A stretch of DNA of 64,000 nucleotides from the NCBI GenBank assembly GCA_963708025.1, contig CAVPSB010000013.1:643564-707563 (forward strand), in the 5' to 3' direction. This document shows, piece by piece, positions 36,290 to 45,474 of this stretch (position 1 is the stretch's first letter; every line of letters starts with the position of its first letter). A model generated the notes under the pieces. The model saw nothing but the letters and a program-made list of their open reading frames with translations, was not told the DNA's origin and ran no database searches. The translations under genes were made by a program, and so were the position numbers. Source of the DNA: an uncultured Candidatus Rokubacteria bacterium (GTDB taxonomy: Bacteria > Methylomirabilota > Methylomirabilia > Rokubacteriales > DASRDR01).

Positions 36290-37882
36290 TCAGGGCTCCA
36301 CGAGGCGATCGTTCTCGGAGTAGTCGACCGGGCAGTCGATCAGCACCGGGACCGGGGCGCGCAGGGCGGCATCCAGCGCCGGCCGCAGCGCGCTCGCCGA
36401 CTCGATGCGCAGGCCGCGGCAGCCGAAGGCCTCGGCCAGCGCCACGAAGTCGGGGTTGCCGAACTCGACGCCGGCGGTGCGGTGGAACCGCCGCTCCTGC
36501 TTCCAGCGGATCACGCCGTAGCCGTCGTCCCGGAAGATCAGCACCACGAAGGCGAGCCCGAGACGGCGCGCCGTCTCCAGCTCCTGGATGTTCATGAGCA
36601 GGCCGGCGTCCCCGGTGACGGTGACGACCCGCCGGTCGGGCAGGGCCAGCCGGGCCGCGATGGCGCCGGGGAGGCCGATCCCCATCGCCGCGAACCCGTT
36701 CGAGATGATCACCGTGTTGGGGACGCGCGCCCCGTAGCACTTGGCCACCCAGAGCTTGTGCGCCCCCACGTCCGAGATCACCAGGTCCTCGGGCGCCAGC
36801 GCCGCCTGCAGGTCGGCGAGGATCCGCTGGGGCGCCAGCGGACACCGGTCCGCGGTGGCCCGGGGGTCGGGACCCGGGCGCGGCGGCGGCTGGCGATCGT
36901 TGCGCACCGCGACCAGCGGCGCCAGCAGCTCCAGGGCCTCCCGCACGTCGGCGATGACCTCGACCGCCGGCTGGTAGAAGGCGTCCACCTCCGCCGCGGT
37001 GAAGTCCACGTGGACGATCTGGGCGTGCCCGCCCCGGTTCCAGCGGGACGGGGCGTACTCGACCGGGTCGTAGCCGGCGGCGATGACCACGTCGGCCTTC
37101 GCGAAGCCGGCCCGCTCGTAGTCGCCCGAGGCGAGCCCGACGGTCATGACCGAGAGGGGGTGGTCCGCCGGGATCGCGCCCTTCGCCATGAAGGTCGTGA
37201 CGACGGGGATGCCGGCCCGCTCGGCGAGGAGACGGAGCTCCTTCGAGGCGCGTCCCCGGATCACGCCGTTGCCGGCCAGGATGAGCGGGCGCTCCGCCCG
37301 GTTGATGACGTCGGCGGCGCGCGCCAGCGACGGTCGGTCCGGGGACGGGCGCCGCGGCCGGTCCACCCGCAGCGGCTCGCCCTCCGCGGGCTCCTGCGCC
37401 ACGTCCTCCGGCAGCTCGAGGTGACACGTCCCCGGCTTCTCTTCCTGCGCCAGCTTGAACGCCTTGCGGACCACCTCGGGGATCACCACGCCCATCTCGA
37501 TGCGGGTGTTCCACTTGGTGAAGGGCCGGAAGGCCTCCACGATGTCCACGTACTGGTGCGACTCCTTGTGGAGGAGGTCGCGCGAGAGCTGGCCGGTGAT
37601 GGCGACGACCGGCGCCCGGTCGAGGTCGGCGTCCGCCAGCCCGGTCGCGAGGTTGGTGGCGCCGGGGCCCAGCGTCGCCAGGCACACGCCGGCGCTCCCG
37701 GTCAGGCGCCCCCAGACGTCGGCCATGAACGCGGCCGCCTGCTCGTGGCGGACCGCGATGAAGCGAATCGAGGAGTCCAGCAGGGCGTCGTTGAGATCGA
37801 GGGTCTCCTCGCCCGGCACTCCGAAGACGTACTGGACGCCTTCGCGCTCGAGGCAACGGATCAAGAGCTGAGCTCCGGTCAC
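36290..37882 (-). CDS. ThDP-dependent enzyme, acetolactate-synthase-like (2-oxoglutarate decarboxylase-like clade)
   Basis: FGVPGEE, RHEQ, TLGPGATN, ESHQY, SDVGAHK, SNGFAAMG, GDAG, DCPVDYSEN. Confidence 0.88.
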   Translation of the reverse strand: MTGAQLLIRCLEREGVQYVFGVPGEETLDLNDALLDSSIRFIAVRHEQAAAFMADVWGRLTGSAGVCLATLGPGATNLATGLADADLDRAPVVAITGQLSRDLLHKESHQYVDIVEAFRPFTKWNTRIEMGVVIPEVVRKAFKLAQEEKPGTCHLELPEDVAQEPAEGEPLRVDRPRRPSPDRPSLARAADVINRAERPLILAGNGVIRGRASKELRLLAERAGIPVVTTFMAKGAIPADHPLSVMTVGLASGDYERAGFAKADVVIAAGYDPVEYAPSRWNRGGHAQIVHVDFTAAEVDAFYQPAVEVIADVREALELLAPLVAVRNDRQPPPRPGPDPRATADRCPLAPQRILADLQAALAPEDLVISDVGAHKLWVAKCYGARVPNTVIISNGFAAMGIGLPGAIAARLALPDRRVVTVTGDAGLLMNIQELETARRLGLAFVVLIFRDDGYGVIRWKQERRFHRTAGVEFGNPDFVALAEAFGCRGLRIESASALRPALDAALRAPVPVLIDCPVDYSENDRLVEP

Positions 37883-38029
37883 CTCCGGACCCCCTTCTCG
37901 AAGCGCGGATGAGTGGCCTCAAGGCCGACGTCTCCGGCCACGTCTGCTCGCTGGATGAAGATCGTCCGCCGGCAGGTCGAGATGAGCCCTGCCTGTCAGC
38001 CTAGCACGCGCCGCGCCACGCTGCCACGC

Positions 38030-38056
38030 GGGCATATGCTGGTGGGCATATGCTGG
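38030..38056. promoter_or_regulatory. tandem GGGCATATGCTGG repeats, each containing the palindrome GCATATGC
   Basis: Exact 13-nt copies at 38030 and 38044 in a divergent promoter region. Confidence 0.5.
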
Positions 38057-38126
38057 GTCCCGGAAGGGGTTATCCTTTGGTGGACCCGCCGCTCGCCCGG
38101 GCGGCGCGTCCGGACAGGAGCCTCGC

Positions 38127-39203
38127 GTGATGCGACATCGCGTCCTCGTGTTCGGAGCGGCTCTGACCGTGGCCGCCCTGGCTCGGGGCTTCTTCGGCGC
38201 CGGGGCCGAGGAGGCCGCGCCGCGCTTCGAGGTGGACCCCGCCTGGCCCAAGCCCCTGCCCAACCGCTGGCTCATGGGCCAGGCGGCCGGCGTCGCCGTG
38301 GACCGGCGCGACCACGTCTGGGTGATCCAGCGCCCCCGGACGCTCACCGACGACGAGCGGGGCGCCGCGCTCACGCCCCCTCGCTCGCACTGCTGCGTGC
38401 CGGCGCCGCCGGTCATGGAATTCGACGCCGACGGCGGGCTGGTCCAGGCCTGGGGGGGTGGCGCCGGCCACCCCTGGCCCGACAGCGAGCACGGGATCTA
38501 CGTGGACCACCGGGATCGGGTCTGGATCGCCGGCAACGGCCCGAGGGACGGTCAGGTCCTCAAGTTCACCCGCGACGGCAAGCTCCTGATGAAGATCGGG
38601 GATCCGGGCGTCGTGGGCGACGACGACGACACGCGCCACCTCAACCGCCCCGCCAACATGGTGGTGGATCCGGCCACGAACGAGCTCTTCGTGGCCGACG
38701 GCTACGGGAACCACCGCGTCATCGTCTTCGACGCCGACACCGGCGCCTACAAGCGCCACTGGGGCGCCCACGGGCGGCCGCCCGGCGACCCGAGCGTCAA
38801 GCCCTTCGGGAGCCCCGTCCACTGCGTGCGTCTGGCCCGCGATGGGCTGCTCTACGTCTGCGACCGCAAGCACAACCGCATCCAGGTCTTCCGCAAGGAC
38901 GGGACGTTCGTGAAGGAGTTCTTCGTGGCGCCCGACACGCGCGGCAACGGGTCCACCTGGGACGTGGACCTCTCGCCCGACCCGCCGCAGACGTACCTCT
39001 ACAACGCCGACGGCGAGAACAACCACGTGTGGATGCTCCTCCGCGACAGCGGCCGCGTCCTCGGCACCTTCGGGCGCAGCGGCCGCTCCCCCGGCCAGTT
39101 CCACTGGGTCCACAACCTGGCCGTGGACTCGAAAGGCAACATCTATACCACCGAGGTGGACACCGGGAAGCGCGCGCAGAAGTTCGTGCTCCGCTCCCGC
39201 TGA
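38127..39203 (+). CDS. secreted NHL-repeat beta-propeller (peptidyl-alpha-hydroxyglycine lyase-like)
   Basis: VDPAWPKPLP, HGIYVD, VADGYGNHRV, YVCDR.HNRIQVF, H.LAVDSKGNIY. Confidence 0.88.
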   Translation: MMRHRVLVFGAALTVAALARGFFGAGAEEAAPRFEVDPAWPKPLPNRWLMGQAAGVAVDRRDHVWVIQRPRTLTDDERGAALTPPRSHCCVPAPPVMEFDADGGLVQAWGGGAGHPWPDSEHGIYVDHRDRVWIAGNGPRDGQVLKFTRDGKLLMKIGDPGVVGDDDDTRHLNRPANMVVDPATNELFVADGYGNHRVIVFDADTGAYKRHWGAHGRPPGDPSVKPFGSPVHCVRLARDGLLYVCDRKHNRIQVFRKDGTFVKEFFVAPDTRGNGSTWDVDLSPDPPQTYLYNADGENNHVWMLLRDSGRVLGTFGRSGRSPGQFHWVHNLAVDSKGNIYTTEVDTGKRAQKFVLRSR

Positions 39204-39216
39204 CCCTCGCCCCCGG

Positions 39217-40194
39217 CTACTTGATCGCCTGGGGGTTGATCGGCGAGCCCACCGCTCGCGTGATGGGCAGCGGCGGGGCCACGAACATGAACTCGTAGAC
39301 CCCGTCCGCCGCGCAGTCGTCCGCCAGCGCCTCGAGGTGGAAGATCTCGCCCACCAGGAGGCCCATGTTGACCACCATCACGAGGTGCAGCGGCTGGAAC
39401 GCCCCCGGCAGCTCGTTGGGTCGGACCTCGGCGCCCCAGGTGTCGGTGGCGATGCCCGCGAGGCACCGCTCGTAGAGCCAGGGAGCGGTCAGGAACGAGA
39501 GCCCCGGCGCGTCGCCGGCCGAGAAGGTCCCCCAGCTCCGCTCCCGGAGCCTCCGCCCCACGTCGCCCGTCCGGACCAGGACGATGTCCCCGGACTGGAC
39601 GCTCACCCGCTGCCGGGCCGCGCAGCCCTCCAGGTCCTCGACGTGGATCGCCTCCCCCGGCCGCAAGGCGTCCACCCCCTTGTGGCGCGCGATGTCGAGG
39701 AGGACGCCACGGCTCACGATCTTGTCCTTGCAGTGCTCGATGCCGTTCCGCGCGGCGCCGGCGGAGGACACCAGGCTGGCGTCCCGGCCGCCGTACATCT
39801 TCCCGTGCTGGAAGATGTGGCCGAGCCCGTCCCACTGGGTCCCGCACTGGAGGAACATCGTGATCTGATCGTCCGCGAAGCCCCAGCCGAACGGCGCCGT
39901 GTCCAGGCCCGGCGGCGTCTGGCGCCCGGTCGCGTGGTCCGTCCCGGTGGCGACCATGCTGTGGATCGGGTTCACCCGGCCGAAGGCCCCGGTCTGGGGG
40001 CCGTTCGTGTCGAAATTGAGCGCGCAGGAGATGACCTTGCCCTGCCGCACGAGCGCGCCGGCGCGCCGGATCACCTCGGGCGTGATGAAGTTGAGGGTGC
40101 CGATCTCGTCCTCGGGACCCCATCGCCCCCAGTTCCGGAACCGGGTGCAGTACTCCTCGAGCAGGGCCGGCGTGACGGCGGGGCGGTTCGTCAT
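39217..40194 (-). CDS. cyclase family (kynurenine formamidase-like) metal hydrolase
   Basis: NWGRWG.EDEIGTLN, QCGTQWDGLGH, RGVLLD, GDIVLVRTG, GSPINP.A. Confidence 0.9.
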   Translation of the reverse strand: MTNRPAVTPALLEEYCTRFRNWGRWGPEDEIGTLNFITPEVIRRAGALVRQGKVISCALNFDTNGPQTGAFGRVNPIHSMVATGTDHATGRQTPPGLDTAPFGWGFADDQITMFLQCGTQWDGLGHIFQHGKMYGGRDASLVSSAGAARNGIEHCKDKIVSRGVLLDIARHKGVDALRPGEAIHVEDLEGCAARQRVSVQSGDIVLVRTGDVGRRLRERSWGTFSAGDAPGLSFLTAPWLYERCLAGIATDTWGAEVRPNELPGAFQPLHLVMVVNMGLLVGEIFHLEALADDCAADGVYEFMFVAPPLPITRAVGSPINPQAIK

Positions 40195-40205
40195 CGACTC
40201 CTCCC

Positions 40206-41252
40206 TCAGCGAAACGCCGGCATCACCTCGTGGGTGAGGACCCGGAGGGTCCGCAGAACCCGGTCCCTGGGAAACAGCCCGCCGGGGTTCAGCTCGGCGA
40301 CGACGCCCCGGAGGCCGAGCTCGTCCCGTAGCCGCCCGATGCGGTCGACCAGCCCGGCGGCGGTGCCGAACACGACGCGCGTCTCCAGCATCTCCTCGTA
40401 GGACGTCTCGGCGAGCTTCTCGACCTTCCCCCGGCGCCGGTCGACGGGCCCGGCGTCGCCCCGCGCCAGGCCCGAGCGCAGCTGCTCGACGTGACGGCGG
40501 AAGAAGCCCGTGATGTTCTCCCGGGGCTCGTCGAGGGCCGCCTGCTCCGTGGGCCCGGCGTAGACGGGGATCCGCAGGCAGACGTCGCCGGGCCCGGGGT
40601 GACCGGCGTCACGCCAGGCCTGGCGATACGCCTGGAGGTGGACGCGCAGCTCGGGAAGATCCAGGTCGCGGAGCCCGACGAAGATCGGCAGTCCCAGGCG
40701 ACCGACGACGGGGAAGGTCTCGTCGGAGTTCGCGGCCATCCGCATCGGCGGATGCGGGACCTGGTACGGACGGGGCACGACCGTGACGTCCTGGAACCGG
40801 AAGAACCTCCCCTGGTAGCTGAACGGCTCGCCCTTCCACGCCTCGCGGATGATCTCCAGCGCCTCCTGGAAGCGCCCCTGGCTCTCGCCGTAGGGAATCC
40901 CGAGCTGATCGTAGGTGCGCGCGGCGCCGCTCCGGCCGATCCCGAAGTCGAAGCGCCCCTGGCTGAGATGGTCGACCGTCGCGACCTCCTCGGCGATGCG
41001 CAGCGGGTTCCCCAGCGGAAGGACCGACACGGCCGTGCCCACCCGGACGCGCCGCGTGCGGGCGACGATGAAGCTGGCCAGCGCGATCGGCGCCGACTGC
41101 ACCGAGCGCGCCGGGTTGAAGTGGATCTCGCCGAGCCAGACGGCGTCGAGCCCCCAGGCCTCGGCCGCGTCCGCGAGCTCGAGCGTCTCGCGGAACGCCT
41201 CGGCCTCGCTGCTCCCGGGGCGCCGCTCCTCGAGGAAGATGCCGAAGTCCAC
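40206..41252 (-). CDS. LLM class flavin-dependent oxidoreductase
   Basis: VWLGEIHF, RVGTAV, P.RIAEEVATVDHLSQGRFDFGIGR, PRPYQ.PHPP. Confidence 0.92.
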   Translation of the reverse strand: MDFGIFLEERRPGSSEAEAFRETLELADAAEAWGLDAVWLGEIHFNPARSVQSAPIALASFIVARTRRVRVGTAVSVLPLGNPLRIAEEVATVDHLSQGRFDFGIGRSGAARTYDQLGIPYGESQGRFQEALEIIREAWKGEPFSYQGRFFRFQDVTVVPRPYQVPHPPMRMAANSDETFPVVGRLGLPIFVGLRDLDLPELRVHLQAYRQAWRDAGHPGPGDVCLRIPVYAGPTEQAALDEPRENITGFFRRHVEQLRSGLARGDAGPVDRRRGKVEKLAETSYEEMLETRVVFGTAAGLVDRIGRLRDELGLRGVVAELNPGGLFPRDRVLRTLRVLTHEVMPAFR

Positions 41253-41292
41253 GGTCGTCGGGATCCCGGTACGGTATCGCGGCCCGGGTCGC

Positions 41293-42147
41293 TCAGGCCC
41301 GGCCGAAGAGGCCGGTCGGCCGGATCGCCAGGATGGCGGCCATCGGCGCGAAGAGGGTGAAGTAGGACAGCTCGGGGAAGAGCGCCTTGCCGAAGTTGTC
41401 GAGGAGGCCGACCATCAGGCTCCCGATCAGCGCGCCCTTGAGGCTCCCCATGCCTCCCACGATGACGACCACGAAGGCGTAGGGCAGGATCTCGAAGTCG
41501 GCGCCCGGGTAGACGCCCACGAAGCCGCCGGCCACGACGCCGGCCACCGCGGCCAGGCTGGCCCCGAGCGCGAAGACGCCGACCGAGATCCGGTGCACGT
41601 TGATCCCCACCCCGCGCGCCATCTCGGGGTCGTCCACCGTGGCCCGGATCATCGCCCCCACCCGCGTCCGCTCGAGGACGAGCCAGAGCACGATGGCCAC
41701 CGCCGCCGCCACCCCGACGATGAAGATGCGGTAGACGGGGAAGTAGAGCGTCCCGAGCCGGTAGGCCCCGGAGAGCGCGGCCGGCACCGGGATCGTGTAG
41801 GGGTCACCGCCCCAGATGACGAGGCCGAGGTCCTGGAAGATGAGCGCGAACCCCATGGTGGTGAGGACCTGCCCCAGCTCCTGGCCCGAGAGCCGCTTGA
41901 GGAAGGCGTTCCACTCCCCCATGCCCACCAACGCGATGACCAGGGCTCCCGCCAGGATGGCGAGGGCGAAGGGCCAGCCCAGGCGGATCACGGTGAGCCC
42001 CACGTAGCCGCCGAGCAGGTAGTAGGAGCCGTGGGTCATGTTGACGATCCGCATCAGGCCGAAGATCAGGGACAGCCCCCCGGCGAGGAGGAAGAGCAGC
42101 GCGCCGTAGGAGACCCCGTTGAACGCTTGCGTGATCCAGAATTCCAA
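41293..42147 (-). CDS. branched-chain amino acid ABC transporter permease (LivH-like)
   Basis: NG..YG..LFL.AGGLSLIFG...VNMTHG, G..IRA..DD, VVIVGGMGS, RPTGLFG. Confidence 0.92.
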   Translation of the reverse strand: MEFWITQAFNGVSYGALLFLLAGGLSLIFGLMRIVNMTHGSYYLLGGYVGLTVIRLGWPFALAILAGALVIALVGMGEWNAFLKRLSGQELGQVLTTMGFALIFQDLGLVIWGGDPYTIPVPAALSGAYRLGTLYFPVYRIFIVGVAAAVAIVLWLVLERTRVGAMIRATVDDPEMARGVGINVHRISVGVFALGASLAAVAGVVAGGFVGVYPGADFEILPYAFVVVIVGGMGSLKGALIGSLMVGLLDNFGKALFPELSYFTLFAPMAAILAIRPTGLFGRA

Positions 42148-42175
42148 ATGTTCAGCACCTCCCGCCACCCCCCAA

Positions 42176-42205
42176 CCCCCCTCCCCACCCACCGGGGGAG
42201 GGGGG
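42176..42205. repeat. REP-like C-rich/G-rich hairpin
   Basis: CCCCCCTCCCC-N8-GGGGAGGGGGG between co-oriented genes. Confidence 0.6.
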
Positions 42206-42225
42206 CTCGGAAGCGGCGGCTTTGC

Positions 42226-43212
42226 TCACCCTTCCCGGGCGTAGACCTCGGGGTTGTAGACGTTGGGCGGTCGCCGGCCCTCGATCACCGCGACCACGTT
42301 GTCGACCACGATGGCCGCGATCCGCTCCCGGGTCCCGCAGGCGGCGCTCCCGAGGTGGGGCGTCAGCACCACGTTGGGGAGCCCGAGGAGCCCGGGCTCG
42401 ACCCGGGGCTCCTGCTCGAAGACGTCGAGCCCGGCGCCCGCGATCGTCCCGCTCCGGAGGGCGTCCACCAGCGCCTTCTCGTCCACGATGGGGCCGCGGG
42501 CGGTGTTGACCAGGAACGCCGTCGGCCGCATCAGCGACAGCTCGCGGGCGCCGATCAGGTGGACGGTCTCCGGCGACAGGGCCGCGTGCACGGAGACGAA
42601 GTCGGACGCCTGGAGGAGGTCGTCGAGCCCCGCGTAGGTCAGGCCGAGCGCGGCCTCCGCGCTCGCCTCCAGCCGGTGGCGCTTGGTGTAGAGGATGCGC
42701 ATCCCGAAGCCCCGAGCGCGCCGGGCCACCGCCTCGCCGATCCGCCCATAGCCGACGATCCCCAGGGTCTGGCCGTGCACGTCCGCCCCCACGAAGTGGA
42801 CCGACTGGCCGCCCGGGAACACACCCGCGCGGAGCCCGTGGTCGGCCTCGACGACGCGCCGGGCCACCGCCAGGAGGAGGGCCCAGTGGAGGTCGGCGGT
42901 CGCCTCGGTGACCAGCGGCGGGATGGTGGTCAGCGGGATCCGGCGGGCGGTGGCCGCCGCCACGTCCACGCCGGCCGGGATGATGGCCATGGAGGCGATC
43001 AGCTTGAGCCGCGGGCCGGCGGCGATCACCTCCGCGTCGATCCGGTCGTGGAGGAGGCAGACCAGGTACTCGGTCCGCGGGAGGGCGGCCAGCAGCTCGG
43101 GCTTCGTGATGATGTGGAGGGGATCCGGGTTCAGCTCGACCGCCCCCACCGCCCGGAGCCGGGCGAGGGCGCCGTCGGCGATCGGCTGGGTGACGAAGAT
43201 CGCCGGCGGCAT
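42226..43212 (-). CDS. D-glycerate dehydrogenase / glyoxylate reductase family
   Basis: TEATADL, GIVGYGRIG, VNTARGPIVDE, GLDVFE.EP, TPHLGSA. Confidence 0.9.
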   Translation of the reverse strand: MPPAIFVTQPIADGALARLRAVGAVELNPDPLHIITKPELLAALPRTEYLVCLLHDRIDAEVIAAGPRLKLIASMAIIPAGVDVAAATARRIPLTTIPPLVTEATADLHWALLLAVARRVVEADHGLRAGVFPGGQSVHFVGADVHGQTLGIVGYGRIGEAVARRARGFGMRILYTKRHRLEASAEAALGLTYAGLDDLLQASDFVSVHAALSPETVHLIGARELSLMRPTAFLVNTARGPIVDEKALVDALRSGTIAGAGLDVFEQEPRVEPGLLGLPNVVLTPHLGSAACGTRERIAAIVVDNVVAVIEGRRPPNVYNPEVYAREG

Positions 43213-43220
43213 CGCGCGCC

Positions 43221-44213
43221 CTACCCGAGGCCGAGGAGCCGGCGCGCGTTTCCGCCCAGGATCCGCGCCCGGTCCCCGGGGTCCAGGTCGACCCCCTTCA
43301 GGAACCCCACCGGGTCCTCGTAGCCCATGTCGAAGCAGTAGTCGCTGCCGAGCATCACCCGGTCGGCCCCGACCAGCCCGATCAGGTAGCGCAGGGCATC
43401 CGGGGCGTGGCTGATCGTGTCGAAGAAGAAGCGGTCCAGGTAGGCCGACGGCGGCCGCGGGAGATGCCGGCACTCGGGGCGGACGCGGTACCCGCGATCC
43501 AGCCGGCCGAGCAGGTACGGGAACGCGCCGCCCGCGTGGGGAACGCAGACGCGCAGCGCGGGGAAGCGGTCGAGGACGCCGCCGAAGACGAGCCGGGCCG
43601 CCGCCACCGCGTTGTCGAAGGGGTTGCCGAGCAGGTTGTGGAGGTAGTAGGCGCCGACGCGGGGGCCGCCGAGCACGTTCAGCGGGTGGAGGAAGACCGG
43701 GACGCCGTGGGCCGCGATCCGGGCGAAGACGGGGGTGAGCGAGGGGTCGTCGAGGTCGACGCCGCGCACGTTGGTGCCCAGGTAGACGCCCGGGAGGCCC
43801 AGCTTCGTCACGGCCCGGTCAACCTCGGCGGCCGCCGCCTCCGGCGCCTGCAGGGGGAGGGTCGCCAGCCCGACGAACCGGCCGGGATGGGCGCGGGCCG
43901 CGGCCGCCATCGCGTCGTTGACCGCGCGCGCGAGCCGGACCCCGAGGTCGGCGTCGGCCCAGTAGACCATCGGCGCCGTCAGGGACAGCGCGTGGACCGT
44001 CACGCCCTGCGCGTCCATGGCCCGGAGCCGGGCGTCCAGATCGTAGTAGCCGCGGGCGATCGGTCCGATCGGCACCGGGCCGATCATGATGGTGGGCCCC
44101 TCCGGGCCTCGGCGAAGACTCAGGCCGTGGGCGGGGCCATCCGACTCGATCAGCCGCAGGAACTCCTCGGGAAAGAAGTGGGCGTGGATGTCGACGACGG
44201 GCTCGGCTGCCAT
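43221..44213 (-). CDS. amidohydrolase_2 family protein (ACMS decarboxylase-like)
   Basis: DIHAH, FLHP, PHAGG, LGSDYCFDMG. Confidence 0.9.
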   Translation of the reverse strand: MAAEPVVDIHAHFFPEEFLRLIESDGPAHGLSLRRGPEGPTIMIGPVPIGPIARGYYDLDARLRAMDAQGVTVHALSLTAPMVYWADADLGVRLARAVNDAMAAAARAHPGRFVGLATLPLQAPEAAAAEVDRAVTKLGLPGVYLGTNVRGVDLDDPSLTPVFARIAAHGVPVFLHPLNVLGGPRVGAYYLHNLLGNPFDNAVAAARLVFGGVLDRFPALRVCVPHAGGAFPYLLGRLDRGYRVRPECRHLPRPPSAYLDRFFFDTISHAPDALRYLIGLVGADRVMLGSDYCFDMGYEDPVGFLKGVDLDPGDRARILGGNARRLLGLG

Positions 44214-44222
44214 CGGGGCCCT

Positions 44223-44434
44223 CTAGAGTCCTTGGGACGTCAAGGTCATGACAGATGAGTCAAGTTCTTGGGGGCGGGGTCGAGGAGCGAGCAGCGCCCA
44301 CAGGCCGAAGGCCGTCCGAACGACGACCAGAGGTCGGGACGGACGCCCCCAGGCCGAAGGCCGTCCGATCGACGCAGGCCGAGCGCGTCCCGGCCGAGAT
44401 GGATATTGCGACGCTCATCGGCCCCGCCCGCTAG
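44223..44434. repeat. structured intergenic element, copy B (CTAG at both ends)
   Basis: Shares arm and inverted-repeat ends with 15870-16041; core holds two CAGGCCGAAGGCCGTCCGA copies. Confidence 0.75.
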
Positions 44435-45309
44435 CGCCGGCCGGCGGGGGAGCGGTACCAGTCCAGGATGTCCTCCCCCTTGCAGAAGAGCACGCCCGCG
44501 CGCTTCTTCATGTACGCGTAGATCTTCTCGAAGTACTTGATCCGGTGGGGGACCCCGCTGATGTAAGGGTGCACCGCGATGGCCATCACCCGCGCGGTGC
44601 GCCGGCCCTCCTCGTAGAGCCGGTCGAACTGGTCCCGGGCCCGGTCGAACAGCTCGTGTGCCTCCCGGTGCTGAATCAGCATCATCGGGATGTCGTTGAC
44701 CTCCAGCGTGTAGGGCACCATCACCAGCGGTCGGGTCGTGGTCTTGATCTCGTACGGCTGGTCGTCGTTGACCCAGTCGCAGAGGTACTCGATCCCCTCC
44801 TCGGCCAGGAGGTCCGGCGTCTCCCAGGTCTCGGTGAGGCCGGGACCGAGCCAGCCGCGCGGCGGCCGGCCCGTGAACTTCCGGAGGGTCTCGACGGACT
44901 TCCGGATCACCTCCCGCTGGTCGGGCACCGAGTGGAGCGACTTCTGCACGAAGCTGTGCCCCATGAACTCCCAGCCGGCGTCCCGCGCCGCCTCGGCCAC
45001 GCGCGGGTAGGAGAGGCAGACCGAGGCGTTGATCGCGAGGGTGGCCTTGATCCGGTAGCGGTCGAGCGCGGCCTTGAGCCGCCAGAAGCCGACCCGCATC
45101 CCGTAGTCGTGCCAGGCCCAGTTCGGGACGTCGGGCACCCCCGCGCCGCCGGCCGGCGGGGGCAACACCGTGCGCGGCATGGGGCCCTGGATGTCCCACT
45201 CCTCCACGTTCACGATGGTCCAGACCGCCACCCGCGCGCCCCGGGGGAGCCTGAGCGGCGGCCGGTCCACGATGGCCGAATAGTCGAAGCGGTCGCGCGG
45301 CAGCTTCAC
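44431..45309 (-). CDS. polysaccharide deacetylase family protein (PuuE allantoinase-like)
   Basis: NVEEW, DYGMRVGFWR, EFMGH, PRGWLGPG, NDDQP, HPYISG.PHR; GGAGG RBS. Confidence 0.9.
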   Translation of the reverse strand: MKLPRDRFDYSAIVDRPPLRLPRGARVAVWTIVNVEEWDIQGPMPRTVLPPPAGGAGVPDVPNWAWHDYGMRVGFWRLKAALDRYRIKATLAINASVCLSYPRVAEAARDAGWEFMGHSFVQKSLHSVPDQREVIRKSVETLRKFTGRPPRGWLGPGLTETWETPDLLAEEGIEYLCDWVNDDQPYEIKTTTRPLVMVPYTLEVNDIPMMLIQHREAHELFDRARDQFDRLYEEGRRTARVMAIAVHPYISGVPHRIKYFEKIYAYMKKRAGVLFCKGEDILDWYRSPAGRR

Positions 45310-45357
45310 GTTCCCTCCTCCGAGCGATTCGAGGGACGCCTTCTCCGTCGAGACCGC

Positions 45358-45386
45358 ACCATAGGGGATGGAGCGGGCTTCGTCAA
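45358..45386 (-). promoter_or_regulatory. sigma70-like promoter of the minus-strand catabolic cluster
   Basis: TTGACG-17 nt-TATGGT. Confidence 0.55.
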
Positions 45387-45474
45387 GGCACGGCCCCCGG
45401 AATGGCGGGGAGTCCGGCGTGATGTCGGACCTCCCCTGGCAACCGGTCGCCGGCTGGGCTATCCTGACTCCCCG

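Noticed and set aside
37890-38010. TPP riboswitch or attenuator upstream of the ThDP enzyme
   Set aside because: No CTGAGA or CCTGA core and no leader peptide; only a generic GGCAGG/CCTGCC stem
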